Of a DNA stretch of 64,000 bases, positions 20,094-28,831 are shown piece by piece. Location of the stretch: NCBI GenBank assembly GCA_963735595.1, contig CAVTLK010000005.1, positions 640,001-704,000 on the forward strand. The letters run 5' to 3'. The DNA is from an uncultured delta proteobacterium (GTDB lineage Bacteria; Desulfobacterota; Zymogenia; Zymogenales; Zymogenaceae). Numbering within the stretch: position 1 is the first letter of the stretch; the number at the start of each line of letters is the position of its first letter. Position numbers and translations under genes: made by a program. A model generated the notes under the pieces. It was not told the origin of the DNA, did not search any database, and saw only the letters and a program-made list of their open reading frames with translations.

Positions 20094-20239
20094 CGGGTGC
20101 CGCCCTGTGCCCCGGGCCGCGCCACAGAATCTCTCTGACGGCATCGTGCCGTTGAATAGAGCGCGTATCTATGAGCCGCCCCTGTTTTACGGGCCGGCTC
20201 TTTTTCGTGACTTTGATTTCAGAGGAAGAGGTGCACAAG

Positions 20240-20815
20240 GTGGCGGAAAAGACGGTATCGAACCTGGTATTTCGTGTGGTTCTTGACGGGGCCGAGGAAG
20301 TGCTCGGCGTCAACGGTGTGAAGGCGATCCTCAACTTCTCCGGGCTGTCCGACCTGTTGGTAAACAGACCTGATTATTCCTTTGAGAAGAACTTCACCGA
20401 CGACCAACTGCGGGGCATCTCGTCCAGCTTCGCCGCCGTTCTGGGCATGGACGGGGCCCGGGCCGTTTACCGCCTGATCGGAAAAGCCAGCGGCAAAAAA
20501 ACAATCGAGGTCGGGGTATATGATTCCCTCAAGGACCTGCCGCCCGACGAAAAGCTATTCAAGGCCGTCGGCCTATATGCCATGGTTACGGGGAGGGGAA
20601 CGGTAACGAAAGAGGGCGACGTGATCGTCTACGACAATCCCCAGTGCTCCGTCTGCAAGGACGTCACGTACGGTCAACCGGTTTGCAGCATCTATAACGG
20701 GTACTTTGACTCGGTCATCGAATGGATGGATATCAAGGACAAGAAGTCGGTGGAGACGGCCTGTATCGCGATGGGGAGCAAATCCTGCCGGTTTGAGATC
20801 CTGCCGGTGGACTGA
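20240..20815 (+). CDS. Stand-alone V4R-domain protein 3
   Basis: GTG start chosen by alignment with paralogs (VAEKTVSN); DNPQCSVC, VETACIAMGSKSCRFE. Confidence 0.85.
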   Translation: MAEKTVSNLVFRVVLDGAEEVLGVNGVKAILNFSGLSDLLVNRPDYSFEKNFTDDQLRGISSSFAAVLGMDGARAVYRLIGKASGKKTIEVGVYDSLKDLPPDEKLFKAVGLYAMVTGRGTVTKEGDVIVYDNPQCSVCKDVTYGQPVCSIYNGYFDSVIEWMDIKDKKSVETACIAMGSKSCRFEILPVD

Positions 20816-20854
20816 TGGGCGTGCGTCGATTTTATCGCAAGCAAGCCAAAACGG

Positions 20855-20877
20855 AAGGGCCCCGAGAGGGCCCTTTT
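20855..20877. terminator. Intrinsic terminator between convergent genes
   Basis: aagggccc-cgaga-gggccctttt hairpin. Confidence 0.6.
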
Positions 20878-20916
20878 CTATGCCGTCGAATCGCTATCGT
20901 CGCGCCGCGATGCCTT

Positions 20917-21447
20917 TTACCGACGCTTCGGCCACGGCACGATCATGGAGACACGCTTCCGGTACCCCTCGTACTCCTTGCCGAAATCCGCAAGCAGCCT
21001 CGTCTCCTCGAAACGCCTGATGTAGAGCATCGCGAGGGGAAAGAGAACGCCGATGATCATCAGCCCCGCAATCGTCCCCCATAGAAGCGACAGCGCAACG
21101 TAACAGGTAAGCGCCCCGAAGACCATCGGGTTTCGAGACCACCGGTAGGGGCCGGTGACAACCAGGTGTTCCGTGCGGGGGGATACCGCCATGCCGAAGC
21201 CCTCCGCCGGGCCGCCCTTTCCCCGGACGACCAGGAAGAGGTTGGACCAGAGGACAAACAAGAGACCGATCGCTCCGAGCGGTAATGCGAGTACGAGCCT
21301 CGCTGGGAGTTCGGCAAACGCCGGCAGGCCCAGCCACCGGTCGACGATCCCGGACAGGTGATAGAGCCCCAGCGGTATCAGGATCGCGAAGAGCGTCCCG
21401 CCCATCGTAAAGCCCGCGATGTGCCTGAGGATCTTTTTCGCATTCAT
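20917..21447 (-). CDS. Isoprenylcysteine carboxyl methyltransferase / PEMT family membrane protein
   Basis: LVVTGPYRWSRNPM, EETRLLADFGKEYEGYRKRV. Confidence 0.88.
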   Translation of the reverse strand: MNAKKILRHIAGFTMGGTLFAILIPLGLYHLSGIVDRWLGLPAFAELPARLVLALPLGAIGLLFVLWSNLFLVVRGKGGPAEGFGMAVSPRTEHLVVTGPYRWSRNPMVFGALTCYVALSLLWGTIAGLMIIGVLFPLAMLYIRRFEETRLLADFGKEYEGYRKRVSMIVPWPKRR

Positions 21448-22658
21448 CTTTTCATCACCTTAGCCACCTCGGGGGCGTGGATGCGCTCGTTTTCCGGTAG
21501 CGTGCTCAGCAACGGCCGGGCATAGTTCTTAAAAGCGACCGTCACGTCGTTGGTCCCCTCGATGAAATGGTCCGGCATCTTCTTGGTGCCCCCGGTAACG
21601 TCCGCCAGGCCCACGAGATTATACCGCACGGCATAGTCGCCCACCCGCTCGATGACAATGGAGCCGTCCACCTTATGCCAGGTGGCAAACTGCAGCGCCC
21701 ATTCGCCGACCTCCCGCGCCTCCTGCGCGTCCACCTCACTCACGCAGCCGAGGAAGGACCGCTGGAGGTAGCCGAACGTATCCGCCCGGACCCGCTTGAT
21801 GTTGAGCCGCTCCTTGACGAGGTCGCCCAGCGCGTCGCCCAGCGACGTCATACCGGACAGCTGCACGTTTCCGTGTGCGTCGTGCTCAACGCGGTCGGTC
21901 AGGGTGGTGATGATGGGCTTGTTCTCCTCATCCCCGATCCCCTCCGATACGGCCACGACGCATCGATCGTGGCGCGTCATGACGGCGTCCACGTCCTTGA
22001 TGAAGGCGTCGGGCGAGAAGGGACGCTCCGGCAGGTAGATCAGGTGGGGGCCGTCGTTGTCGTATTTCTTGGCGAAGATCGAGGCGGCGGTCAAAAACCC
22101 GGCGTGCCGCCCCATGACGATGCCGATGTAAACGCCCGGCAGGCTGCGGTTATCCTGGTTGATGCCGGCAAAGGCCTGGGCCACGAACCGGGCGGCAGAG
22201 CCGTATCCGGGGCAGTGGTCGGTGACCTTGATGTCGTTGTCGATGGTCTTGGGGATGTGGATGACCCGGAGGTCATAGGCGGCGTCGATCGCATTCCTGT
22301 TGACGATACGGCAGGTTTCGGCCGAGTCGTTGCCGCCGATGTAAAAGAAGTAGTGGATGTCATGGGCCTTGAGCACCTCGAAGATGCGGGCGCAGTCGTC
22401 CTTCGTGGGCTTCTTGCGGGACGACAGCAGCCCCGCGCCGGGGGTCCTGGCCACCACCTCGAGGTTATGGGTAGAGGCCTGGGTCAGGTCGATGAAGTTT
22501 TCGTTCATCAACCCCTCGACGCCGCCCACGGCTCCGTAGAAGTTCGTGATATGGGGGTAGCGCCGGGCCTGGAGGACGGCCCCGACGAGGCTCTGGTTAA
22601 TGACCGCCGTCGGTCCCCCGCCCTGGGCGATTACCGCCTTTCCCGATATCTGATCCAT
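21444..22658 (-). CDS. 6-phosphofructokinase, probably PPi-dependent
   Basis: QGGGPTAVIN, IGGNDS (Asp at the PPi-diagnostic position), PKTIDND, MGRHAG; AGGGAG RBS before MDQ. Confidence 0.88.
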   Translation of the reverse strand: MDQISGKAVIAQGGGPTAVINQSLVGAVLQARRYPHITNFYGAVGGVEGLMNENFIDLTQASTHNLEVVARTPGAGLLSSRKKPTKDDCARIFEVLKAHDIHYFFYIGGNDSAETCRIVNRNAIDAAYDLRVIHIPKTIDNDIKVTDHCPGYGSAARFVAQAFAGINQDNRSLPGVYIGIVMGRHAGFLTAASIFAKKYDNDGPHLIYLPERPFSPDAFIKDVDAVMTRHDRCVVAVSEGIGDEENKPIITTLTDRVEHDAHGNVQLSGMTSLGDALGDLVKERLNIKRVRADTFGYLQRSFLGCVSEVDAQEAREVGEWALQFATWHKVDGSIVIERVGDYAVRYNLVGLADVTGGTKKMPDHFIEGTNDVTVAFKNYARPLLSTLPENERIHAPEVAKVMKR

Positions 22659-22850
22659 CGTGTGCTCCCTGAGATATGCCATTTCTCTATATCATGGTTA
22701 CGGTAAAAATACAAGGGGGCACGGGCAGGGCGGACAGGGCGATCGATAGGCCGTGGCAGGGCCCGTTTCGCGGTGGCTGCCGAAAACCTTTGACCCGCCC
22801 GTCCAACGGTGGTATAACCATCGGAAATATTTTCTAAAAGGAATCATCTC

Positions 22851-23861
22851 ATGCCAACGATATCATTCGTCACCGGCGGGACCGGCTTTATCGGCTCCCG
22901 GCTGGTACGCAGGCTCATCGCCGAGGGGCACACCGTCCGGGTTTTGGCGCGCAGCGTCGATAAGGCGCGGGCGCTGTTTGACGACGAGGCCGAGATCATC
23001 CCCGGCGACCTGGACAACACCGACGCGCTCGCGCACGGGTGCCGGGGGGCCGACCGGGTCTTTCACCTGGCGGCCCAGGTCGGCGACTTCGGCCCCCGGC
23101 GCGGCTACTACCACACCAACGCCGAGGGGACTCGAGGCGTGGTCGACGCGGCCGAGAGGGCGGCCGCGGGGCGGTTCGTCTATATCTCCACCAATGCGGT
23201 TACCGGCATCAAGCGCGCGCACGTCACCGACGAATCGGCCCCTTACGCGACAAACGGCGGGCACTACGGCATATCCAAGGGGCTGGCCGAGCGCATCATC
23301 CGGGACCGGCACGTGCGGACAGGGTTTCCCGGCGTGATCCTCCGGCCGCCGGTGGTCTACGGCCCCGGGTCGGCAAACTGGGTGCTGCGGCCGCTCTCGC
23401 TGATGAAGCAGGGAAAGATGGTGCTCGTCGATTCCGGCAGGGGGCTCTGCTGGCACGTCTACGTCGATAACCTGATAGACGCGTCGGTCCTGGCCTCCGG
23501 CCACCCGAAGGCTCCCGGTGAGGTCTTTATCATCAGCGACGGTAAACACGATACCACCTGGGGGGACTATTTCAACCTGCTGGCAAAAACGGCGGGCTAC
23601 GGGCCCATCACCAGGAACGTTCCGAAGGCCGCGGCGGTGGCAGTGGCTCACGTCAGTTACGCCCTGTATGCCTCCTTTGGCATCCGGCCGAAACTGACGC
23701 CGCTGGGCGTGGGCATCCTCACCTCGGGCGCGCCGGTCAGCATCGTAAAGGCGCAAAACGTCCTGGGCTATCAACCGAGGGTCGATCTTGCCGAGGGGAT
23801 GAAGCGGGTAGGGGAGTGGCTGAACGCCGAGGCGCGGGAGTATTTGAATTCGGCGGGCTGA
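22851..23861 (+). CDS. Extended SDR / NAD-dependent epimerase-dehydratase (3beta-HSD-like)
   Basis: TGGTGFIG, HLAA, YGISK, LRPPVVYGP, YVDNL. Confidence 0.88.
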   Translation: MPTISFVTGGTGFIGSRLVRRLIAEGHTVRVLARSVDKARALFDDEAEIIPGDLDNTDALAHGCRGADRVFHLAAQVGDFGPRRGYYHTNAEGTRGVVDAAERAAAGRFVYISTNAVTGIKRAHVTDESAPYATNGGHYGISKGLAERIIRDRHVRTGFPGVILRPPVVYGPGSANWVLRPLSLMKQGKMVLVDSGRGLCWHVYVDNLIDASVLASGHPKAPGEVFIISDGKHDTTWGDYFNLLAKTAGYGPITRNVPKAAAVAVAHVSYALYASFGIRPKLTPLGVGILTSGAPVSIVKAQNVLGYQPRVDLAEGMKRVGEWLNAEAREYLNSAG

Positions 23862-23891
23862 TGCAATCCGGCTGACCGGGTTGAAGAAAGC

Positions 23892-23917
23892 GGGCGGTAT
23901 ATACCGCCCTTTTTTTT
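23892..23917 (+). terminator. Intrinsic terminator
   Basis: gggcggta-ta-taccgccc followed by T8. Confidence 0.75.
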
Positions 23918-24074
23918 CGATTTCGACCCACAGTCCAGTTTCTTGTCCGGGGTTTTCCCTCGCGTATTCGCGGCGAATAGATGAATCCATTTGAGAATGA
24001 GCACATCCAAAGTATAGAAAGTAATACTACCATAATAGTAGTATTTAGCCTTAAACCATTCGCAGGAGGATGCT

Positions 24075-24686
24075 ATGAAGACAAAACTTCTCTCGATGTT
24101 TGTAGCGGTAGCGATGATATCGGTCGTTTCGGCCCTTTCAGCCTTTTCGGCCGAGCCCCCTTTGGCTAAAGTTCGGGTAGTCGACCTGAGCGCTTTGAGC
24201 TCGCCCACGAAACTCGACGATGCCGAGTTGGCACGTTTGGCGGTCTTGTCGGCCGTGGAAAACCCGGAGGTATTTCCCTTCGTATCCGATTTCGTCCTTA
24301 AGTCGGGCGCCGAGGTTGCCACTGGTTCGGATTCGAGCATTACGTGTGTATTGAGCTGTCCGATTGATATATCCGGAAGCCTGAAAGAAGAGGACAAGCT
24401 GGAGTTCGTATCCATGCCGCCCACGAAAGACGAGCCGAAGTACGACATCGCTATCGTGAAGCCCGATGGCTCCGTGGCGAAGGTAGATAAGGAGATAATC
24501 GTCGATTACAGGAACAGGACGCTCAACACCAACGAAGAGATTACCGTCGGAGAGGGAGACGTTGTCCTGACGTTTGTCAAGGAAGTAAAACCGATTCAGT
24601 TTGGGGAAAAGAAACAGATCGAGGGTAAGAAAGATACGCCGAGCACCCAGCCCGACCCCCAGGACACGCAGGAGCCTCCTCGTTAG
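24075..24686 (+). CDS. Hypothetical secreted protein
   Basis: GGAGG RBS, Sec signal peptide (..SAFSA/EPP), lower GC; no family recognised. Confidence 0.7.
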   Translation: MKTKLLSMFVAVAMISVVSALSAFSAEPPLAKVRVVDLSALSSPTKLDDAELARLAVLSAVENPEVFPFVSDFVLKSGAEVATGSDSSITCVLSCPIDISGSLKEEDKLEFVSMPPTKDEPKYDIAIVKPDGSVAKVDKEIIVDYRNRTLNTNEEITVGEGDVVLTFVKEVKPIQFGEKKQIEGKKDTPSTQPDPQDTQEPPR

Positions 24687-24730
24687 AGACGAGATAGGAC
24701 ACTATACCAACCGCATGATTGATAACGATT

Positions 24731-24760
24731 TAAGGAGAGGACCGATGGTCCTCTCCTTTA
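24731..24760. terminator. Bidirectional hairpin terminator
   Basis: taaggagaggacc-gat-ggtcctctccttta. Confidence 0.6.
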
Positions 24761-24865
24761 TCTTTTCAGTACCTTGTTGAAAAAGAAGACATACGCGCCC
24801 AGGCGGGTGAGGTCTTCCGGGCCGGTGAACCTGAGCGCTGTCAGGCCGGACGAGTCGTCGATCAT
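24758..24865 (-). pseudogene. C-terminal remnant of a beta-flower-protein paralog
   Basis: Translates MIDDSSGLTALRFTGPEDLTRLGAYVFFFNKVLKR, matching the C-terminus of 25922..26356 (IESSSGVTALRFSGPADYTRLGAYVFFFNRVLKK). Confidence 0.8.
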
Positions 24866-24875
24866 GCAGTCAATT

Positions 24876-25814
24876 TCATTTAACCATTTTTTCCAGGATC
24901 ATTTCTAGTGCTTTGGCTAACGCCCGGTTGAATTCGTCCGGGCGGTCCATCATAAGGAAGTGGTCGGCGTTCTCTATAACGATCGCGTCGAACGAGTACA
25001 TGTGCCTCCGGTTCGCCTCGTAGTCGACGGGTTCCAGTTGCCCGTTTACGTCAACGACGGGGACGCGGACCTCGTCGAATATCCCGGCCGCTTCCCCGGT
25101 AATATACTGCGACAGATACTCGCGCATAGCGCTCAGGGCTACTACGGGCGGCGCGGACGACATATCGCCCAGGATCCACTCGCGAAGAGCGGGGTCCGTT
25201 TTGGGGTAGATCATTTCGGAGACGAACGCCCGGCTCCCGGACACGAAATCCTTTTTAATCGGTGCCATCATCTCCTCCATTTGTTCGGCTTTCAGGGGAT
25301 ATTCGATGTTTCCCAGCGTATCTACGCCGATAAGACCGATCACCCGGTCAGGCATGAGCCGGGCGGCCTCGGCAATGACCGCGCCTCCCATGGAGTGGCC
25401 GATCAGGATCACGCTGCGGCTGTCCGTCGCATCTACCACCGCCCGGACGTCTTCACCGAACGCCTTCATGGTGTAGGCTGTGCGGGACTGCCCCGAGTGG
25501 CCGTGGCCCGCGAGGTCCAGGACAATAACGCGATGGTTCTTTGAAAAATACGGTACCTGGGCGCGCCAGTAGCGGGCGTCACAGCTCCACCCGTGCACAA
25601 ACACGAGGGTCGGCTCGCCGGTGCCGTATACCTCATAAGAAATCGGGGTGCCGTCCCTGGAAGGGACGACGTGAGGCCATTTTTCCTGCGCGCGCGCCAC
25701 ACCAAAAGTACAAAATATAACCGCCAAACAGATAAGCGCACCCGTCGAGTATTTTACGGCATGCGTGTAGCAATTTCCTTCCTTTGAACCAAACGTCTTC
25801 CTTTCATATTTCAT
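24876..25814 (-). CDS. Exported alpha/beta hydrolase
   Basis: FVHGW, DLAGHGHS, GHSMGG nucleophile elbow, ADHF; signal peptide ending ARA. Confidence 0.88.
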   Translation of the reverse strand: MKYERKTFGSKEGNCYTHAVKYSTGALICLAVIFCTFGVARAQEKWPHVVPSRDGTPISYEVYGTGEPTLVFVHGWSCDARYWRAQVPYFSKNHRVIVLDLAGHGHSGQSRTAYTMKAFGEDVRAVVDATDSRSVILIGHSMGGAVIAEAARLMPDRVIGLIGVDTLGNIEYPLKAEQMEEMMAPIKKDFVSGSRAFVSEMIYPKTDPALREWILGDMSSAPPVVALSAMREYLSQYITGEAAGIFDEVRVPVVDVNGQLEPVDYEANRRHMYSFDAIVIENADHFLMMDRPDEFNRALAKALEMILEKMVK

Positions 25815-25921
25815 GGTTTGTTCTCCTTTGCCTTGAACGATCCCGCTCAAGGGTGAGGGTGAAAAGGGTCACATCCTTTGCAGCGCCGTCGGGGGTTGTA
25901 GCCGGGTCGGATATGCCCCCG

Positions 25922-26356
25922 TTACTTCTTCAGCACCCTGTTGAAAAAGAAGACATACGCCCCTAGGCGGGTATAATCGGCCGGCCCGGAAAACCTGAGC
26001 GCCGTAACGCCGGACGAGCTTTCGATCGTGCCTGAGCCGATGCTCCCGATGGTCCAGCCCGTGCCGTCCTCCACACTCCCGTTTTCCCGAATGCGGCCGA
26101 TTGTCGAGCCTGACGAGTTCTCCACGCTGCCGTTTTCCCGAACGCGCCCGATTGTCCAGCCGGAGGAATCCTCCACGTCGCCGGTTGCCCGGATGCGCCC
26201 GATCGTCCAGCCCGATGAGTCTTCCACGTCGCCGTTGTCACGGATACGCCCGATGGTCCAGCCGGAGGTATCCTCGATGACGATATCGGACTCGGCCAGA
26301 AGCGGCGCGGCACAAACAAGGACAAGAAAGAACGCAACCGGAGCGGTAAGCTTCAT
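25922..26356 (-). CDS. Secreted repeat protein, beta-flower-like
   Basis: Signal peptide, about 5-6 tandem 16-aa repeats (VEDSSGWTIGRIRxxG), hydrophobic C-terminal AYVFFF helix. Confidence 0.7.
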   Translation of the reverse strand: MKLTAPVAFFLVLVCAAPLLAESDIVIEDTSGWTIGRIRDNGDVEDSSGWTIGRIRATGDVEDSSGWTIGRVRENGSVENSSGSTIGRIRENGSVEDGTGWTIGSIGSGTIESSSGVTALRFSGPADYTRLGAYVFFFNRVLKK

Positions 26357-27369
26357 TATGACCTCCCTTCGAAGTCGATAATGGTCGCGACAAAATCTGA
26401 AATGGTAAACTCGACCGAGCGGCTGTAACCCTTGGGGTCTCCACCGACCTCGATCGGCTGCTCGTCGGCCGACGTGATCCGTATCCCGTCGGTTAAAAAG
26501 TCGATGATGTCGTTGCTGTGGTAGGTTCCCTTCCAGAAGCCGCGCAGATGGCGCACGGCAACCCCCGGATCGAGGTTTACTATCCTCAGGTGCATCGTCC
26601 CCGGCACCTTGCCGGCGTGGGGGAAGGCGCGCAGCTTGTACCCGAAAAAGGGGATAACGCCCGCCGCGATAAACGAGGCCGGCCCGTGGTAGAGAATTGC
26701 ATTACGTCGGTCGGTTACGGGGACGCAGTCGCCGTTGCGGTCCGGCCGGAACAGCCGCCCGCCCGTACAGGTCACCTCCACTTCGGGGACGTTGGCGCCG
26801 CCCGCGAACCGGGGGAGCGTTTTGGTGGCGGCGGCCAGGAAATAGCCGAAGAGATTCTTGGTAAATGGCGAAAGGAGCCGGCCTTCGTGCTCCTTGTTGA
26901 GGTCGTAGTAGTCGTTGAGGATCTGGGCGTCCCACCCCATTCCCGCAAACGGGCACAACAGCCCTCCGACCTCGATGAGCGGGTTGGCGACGGTGGAGAA
27001 GGCGCCGCCCCGGGCCACGTAAGCCAGCTGCCCGAGCCCCCCTTTAACCCCCACCGCGTACGTCCAGGCATTGCCGGTTCCGAGTTTCAGGATGCCGACC
27101 GGCGGCACGGTGAGCGAGCCGCCGGCGCCGACGACGTCGCGGATTACCGAGAGCGCCGTGACGATCGTCCCGTCGCCCCCGCCGGTAAAGATGACGTCAA
27201 AACCTCCCCCCAGGATCTCTCGCACGGCGCCCTGGGCCTCGGCAAGCGAGCCGGTGGCCCAGATGTGCCGCCGGGGGATGATCCGTGCGATGTCGCCGAC
27301 GAGGCGGCGGGTATATCTGCGCGCGTTCTTGTTGAGGATGACCGCGACCTTGCGCGTATTTGAAATCAT
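26356..27369 (-). CDS. Diacylglycerol/lipid kinase family protein
   Basis: ILN, GGGDGT, LGTGN, GMGWDA. Confidence 0.85.
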   Translation of the reverse strand: MISNTRKVAVILNKNARRYTRRLVGDIARIIPRRHIWATGSLAEAQGAVREILGGGFDVIFTGGGDGTIVTALSVIRDVVGAGGSLTVPPVGILKLGTGNAWTYAVGVKGGLGQLAYVARGGAFSTVANPLIEVGGLLCPFAGMGWDAQILNDYYDLNKEHEGRLLSPFTKNLFGYFLAAATKTLPRFAGGANVPEVEVTCTGGRLFRPDRNGDCVPVTDRRNAILYHGPASFIAAGVIPFFGYKLRAFPHAGKVPGTMHLRIVNLDPGVAVRHLRGFWKGTYHSNDIIDFLTDGIRITSADEQPIEVGGDPKGYSRSVEFTISDFVATIIDFEGRS

Positions 27370-27462
27370 GGCGTCTTAAAATCCTTTTGTGGCGCCCGCG
27401 GGGTTCTCCCGGCGGGCCATAAAATGGTAGGCGTTTTTTTAGAGCCTGTCAAACTAAAAATC

Positions 27463-27491
27463 TTGACTGGTTTTTTTTAGGGGTATATGAT
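27463..27491 (+). promoter_or_regulatory. sigma70 promoter for the nitrilase gene
   Basis: TTGACT-17 nt-TATGAT. It overlaps the ORF-track ATG, so the true start is downstream. Confidence 0.65.
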
Positions 27492-27510
27492 ACCCGGTAA
27501 CGATGATCCA

Positions 27511-28362
27511 ATGAGGCGGTACGCTACGGAACAGCGGGTGAAGATTGCCGGGATACAGTTTGCGGTCACCGATACCGTCGAGCGCTCCGTCGCTCGGGCA
27601 AAAGAGCTGCTGTGCCTTTCTCACGAGCAGGGGGCGCAGCTCGTCTCGTTTTCGGAGCTGTTCAGCAATCCGTGGTTTCCCTACCGTCCCAAGGCGGACC
27701 CTGCCCCCTTTGCCGAAACCATTCCCGGCCCCCTCACGGAGGAGTTCTGCCGGCTGGCCGCCGCCTATCACATGGTTATCGTGCTGCCGCTGGCCGAGCG
27801 GAAGGGGTCCCGCTGCTACAACTCTACGGCGGTCATAGACGCCGATGGGTCGCTTCTCGGAGCTTACCGAAAGGTGCATGTTCCGCAGATCCCTCTCTGG
27901 TACGAGAAGGACTGTTTTGCGCCGGGAGACAGGGGTTTCCCGGTATTTAAGACCAGCTGCCTGACGCTCGGGGTACAGATCTGCTGGGACAACTTCTTTC
28001 CCGAGGGCAGCCGGTCGCTGGCGCTTTCCGGCGCCCAACTCATTGTGGCCCCCACGGCGGCGGCAATGAAGACCCACGAGCGATGGCAGACTGCCATAGC
28101 GGCAAATTCGATTACCAACGGTGTGTTCTGCCTCAGGGTCAACCGGACCGGCAGCGAAGAGAGCCAGGATTTTTACGGTGAAACGTTCGCGACCAATCCC
28201 GATGGGGAGTTGATCGGACAGCCCGCCGGTATGAACGACTCGGTATCATTATTCGAGATAGATACGGCCGACGTCGAGCGTGCGCGGTCGATGTGGCCTT
28301 TTTTCGGCGACCGTCGGCCGGATGTCTACCGCGGTTTAAAGGCCGGCCGCGGCGCATCATGA
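27511..28362 (+). CDS. Carbon-nitrogen hydrolase (N-carbamoylputrescine amidase / beta-ureidopropionase-like)
   Basis: Glu-Lys-Cys triad contexts SELF, YRKVHVP, QICWDNFFPE. Confidence 0.88.
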   Translation: MRRYATEQRVKIAGIQFAVTDTVERSVARAKELLCLSHEQGAQLVSFSELFSNPWFPYRPKADPAPFAETIPGPLTEEFCRLAAAYHMVIVLPLAERKGSRCYNSTAVIDADGSLLGAYRKVHVPQIPLWYEKDCFAPGDRGFPVFKTSCLTLGVQICWDNFFPEGSRSLALSGAQLIVAPTAAAMKTHERWQTAIAANSITNGVFCLRVNRTGSEESQDFYGETFATNPDGELIGQPAGMNDSVSLFEIDTADVERARSMWPFFGDRRPDVYRGLKAGRGAS

Positions 28363-28606
28363 GAGAAAACGAAAGAAACACGTCTTTTTTTCATATAACC
28401 TATTTACGCGCCTTGGCCTCTTCTGGTATAATGGTAATGGAGGGATAAAGCGTATATCCCTCTATATGAGTATCGGCCGGACGCGGCGGCCCCCGAGACC
28501 GCCGGCCGGAAAGTAACATGACCGCGCCGCCGCCCTGTCGGCGTATGCAGGGCGATATACGGGATACATAGCGAGATACCAACACCCAGAGAAGGGAGGG
28601 TTCCCA

Positions 28607-28816
28607 ATGACATTGGAAAAGAAACTCTGTGCGGTCTGCGCATGGAGGAGGAACTGCCAGAAAAAATTCTCAAGCTCATCCGGGGTTTCGGGGGCCCTGT
28701 ACTGTTCGGATTTCACCAAGGACCTTTCTATAAAGGAAGAGCCACTGGATCGGGCTTTCGACGAAAAGATGAAAGACGCCGAGATGAAGAAAAAAGATAA
28801 ATACTGGAAGTGGTAA
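28607..28816 (+). CDS. Small Cys-rich hypothetical protein upstream of argS
   Basis: GGGAGG RBS; CAVCAWRRNCQKKF...CSDF motif. Confidence 0.7.
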   Translation: MTLEKKLCAVCAWRRNCQKKFSSSSGVSGALYCSDFTKDLSIKEEPLDRAFDEKMKDAEMKKKDKYWKW

Positions 28817-28831
28817 CGGGAGCGTCTTGTA

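Noticed and set aside
26030..26280. 48-nt periodic repeats resembling a CRISPR array
   Set aside because: They are in-frame coding repeats that vary at synonymous sites, with no unique spacers and no cas genes.
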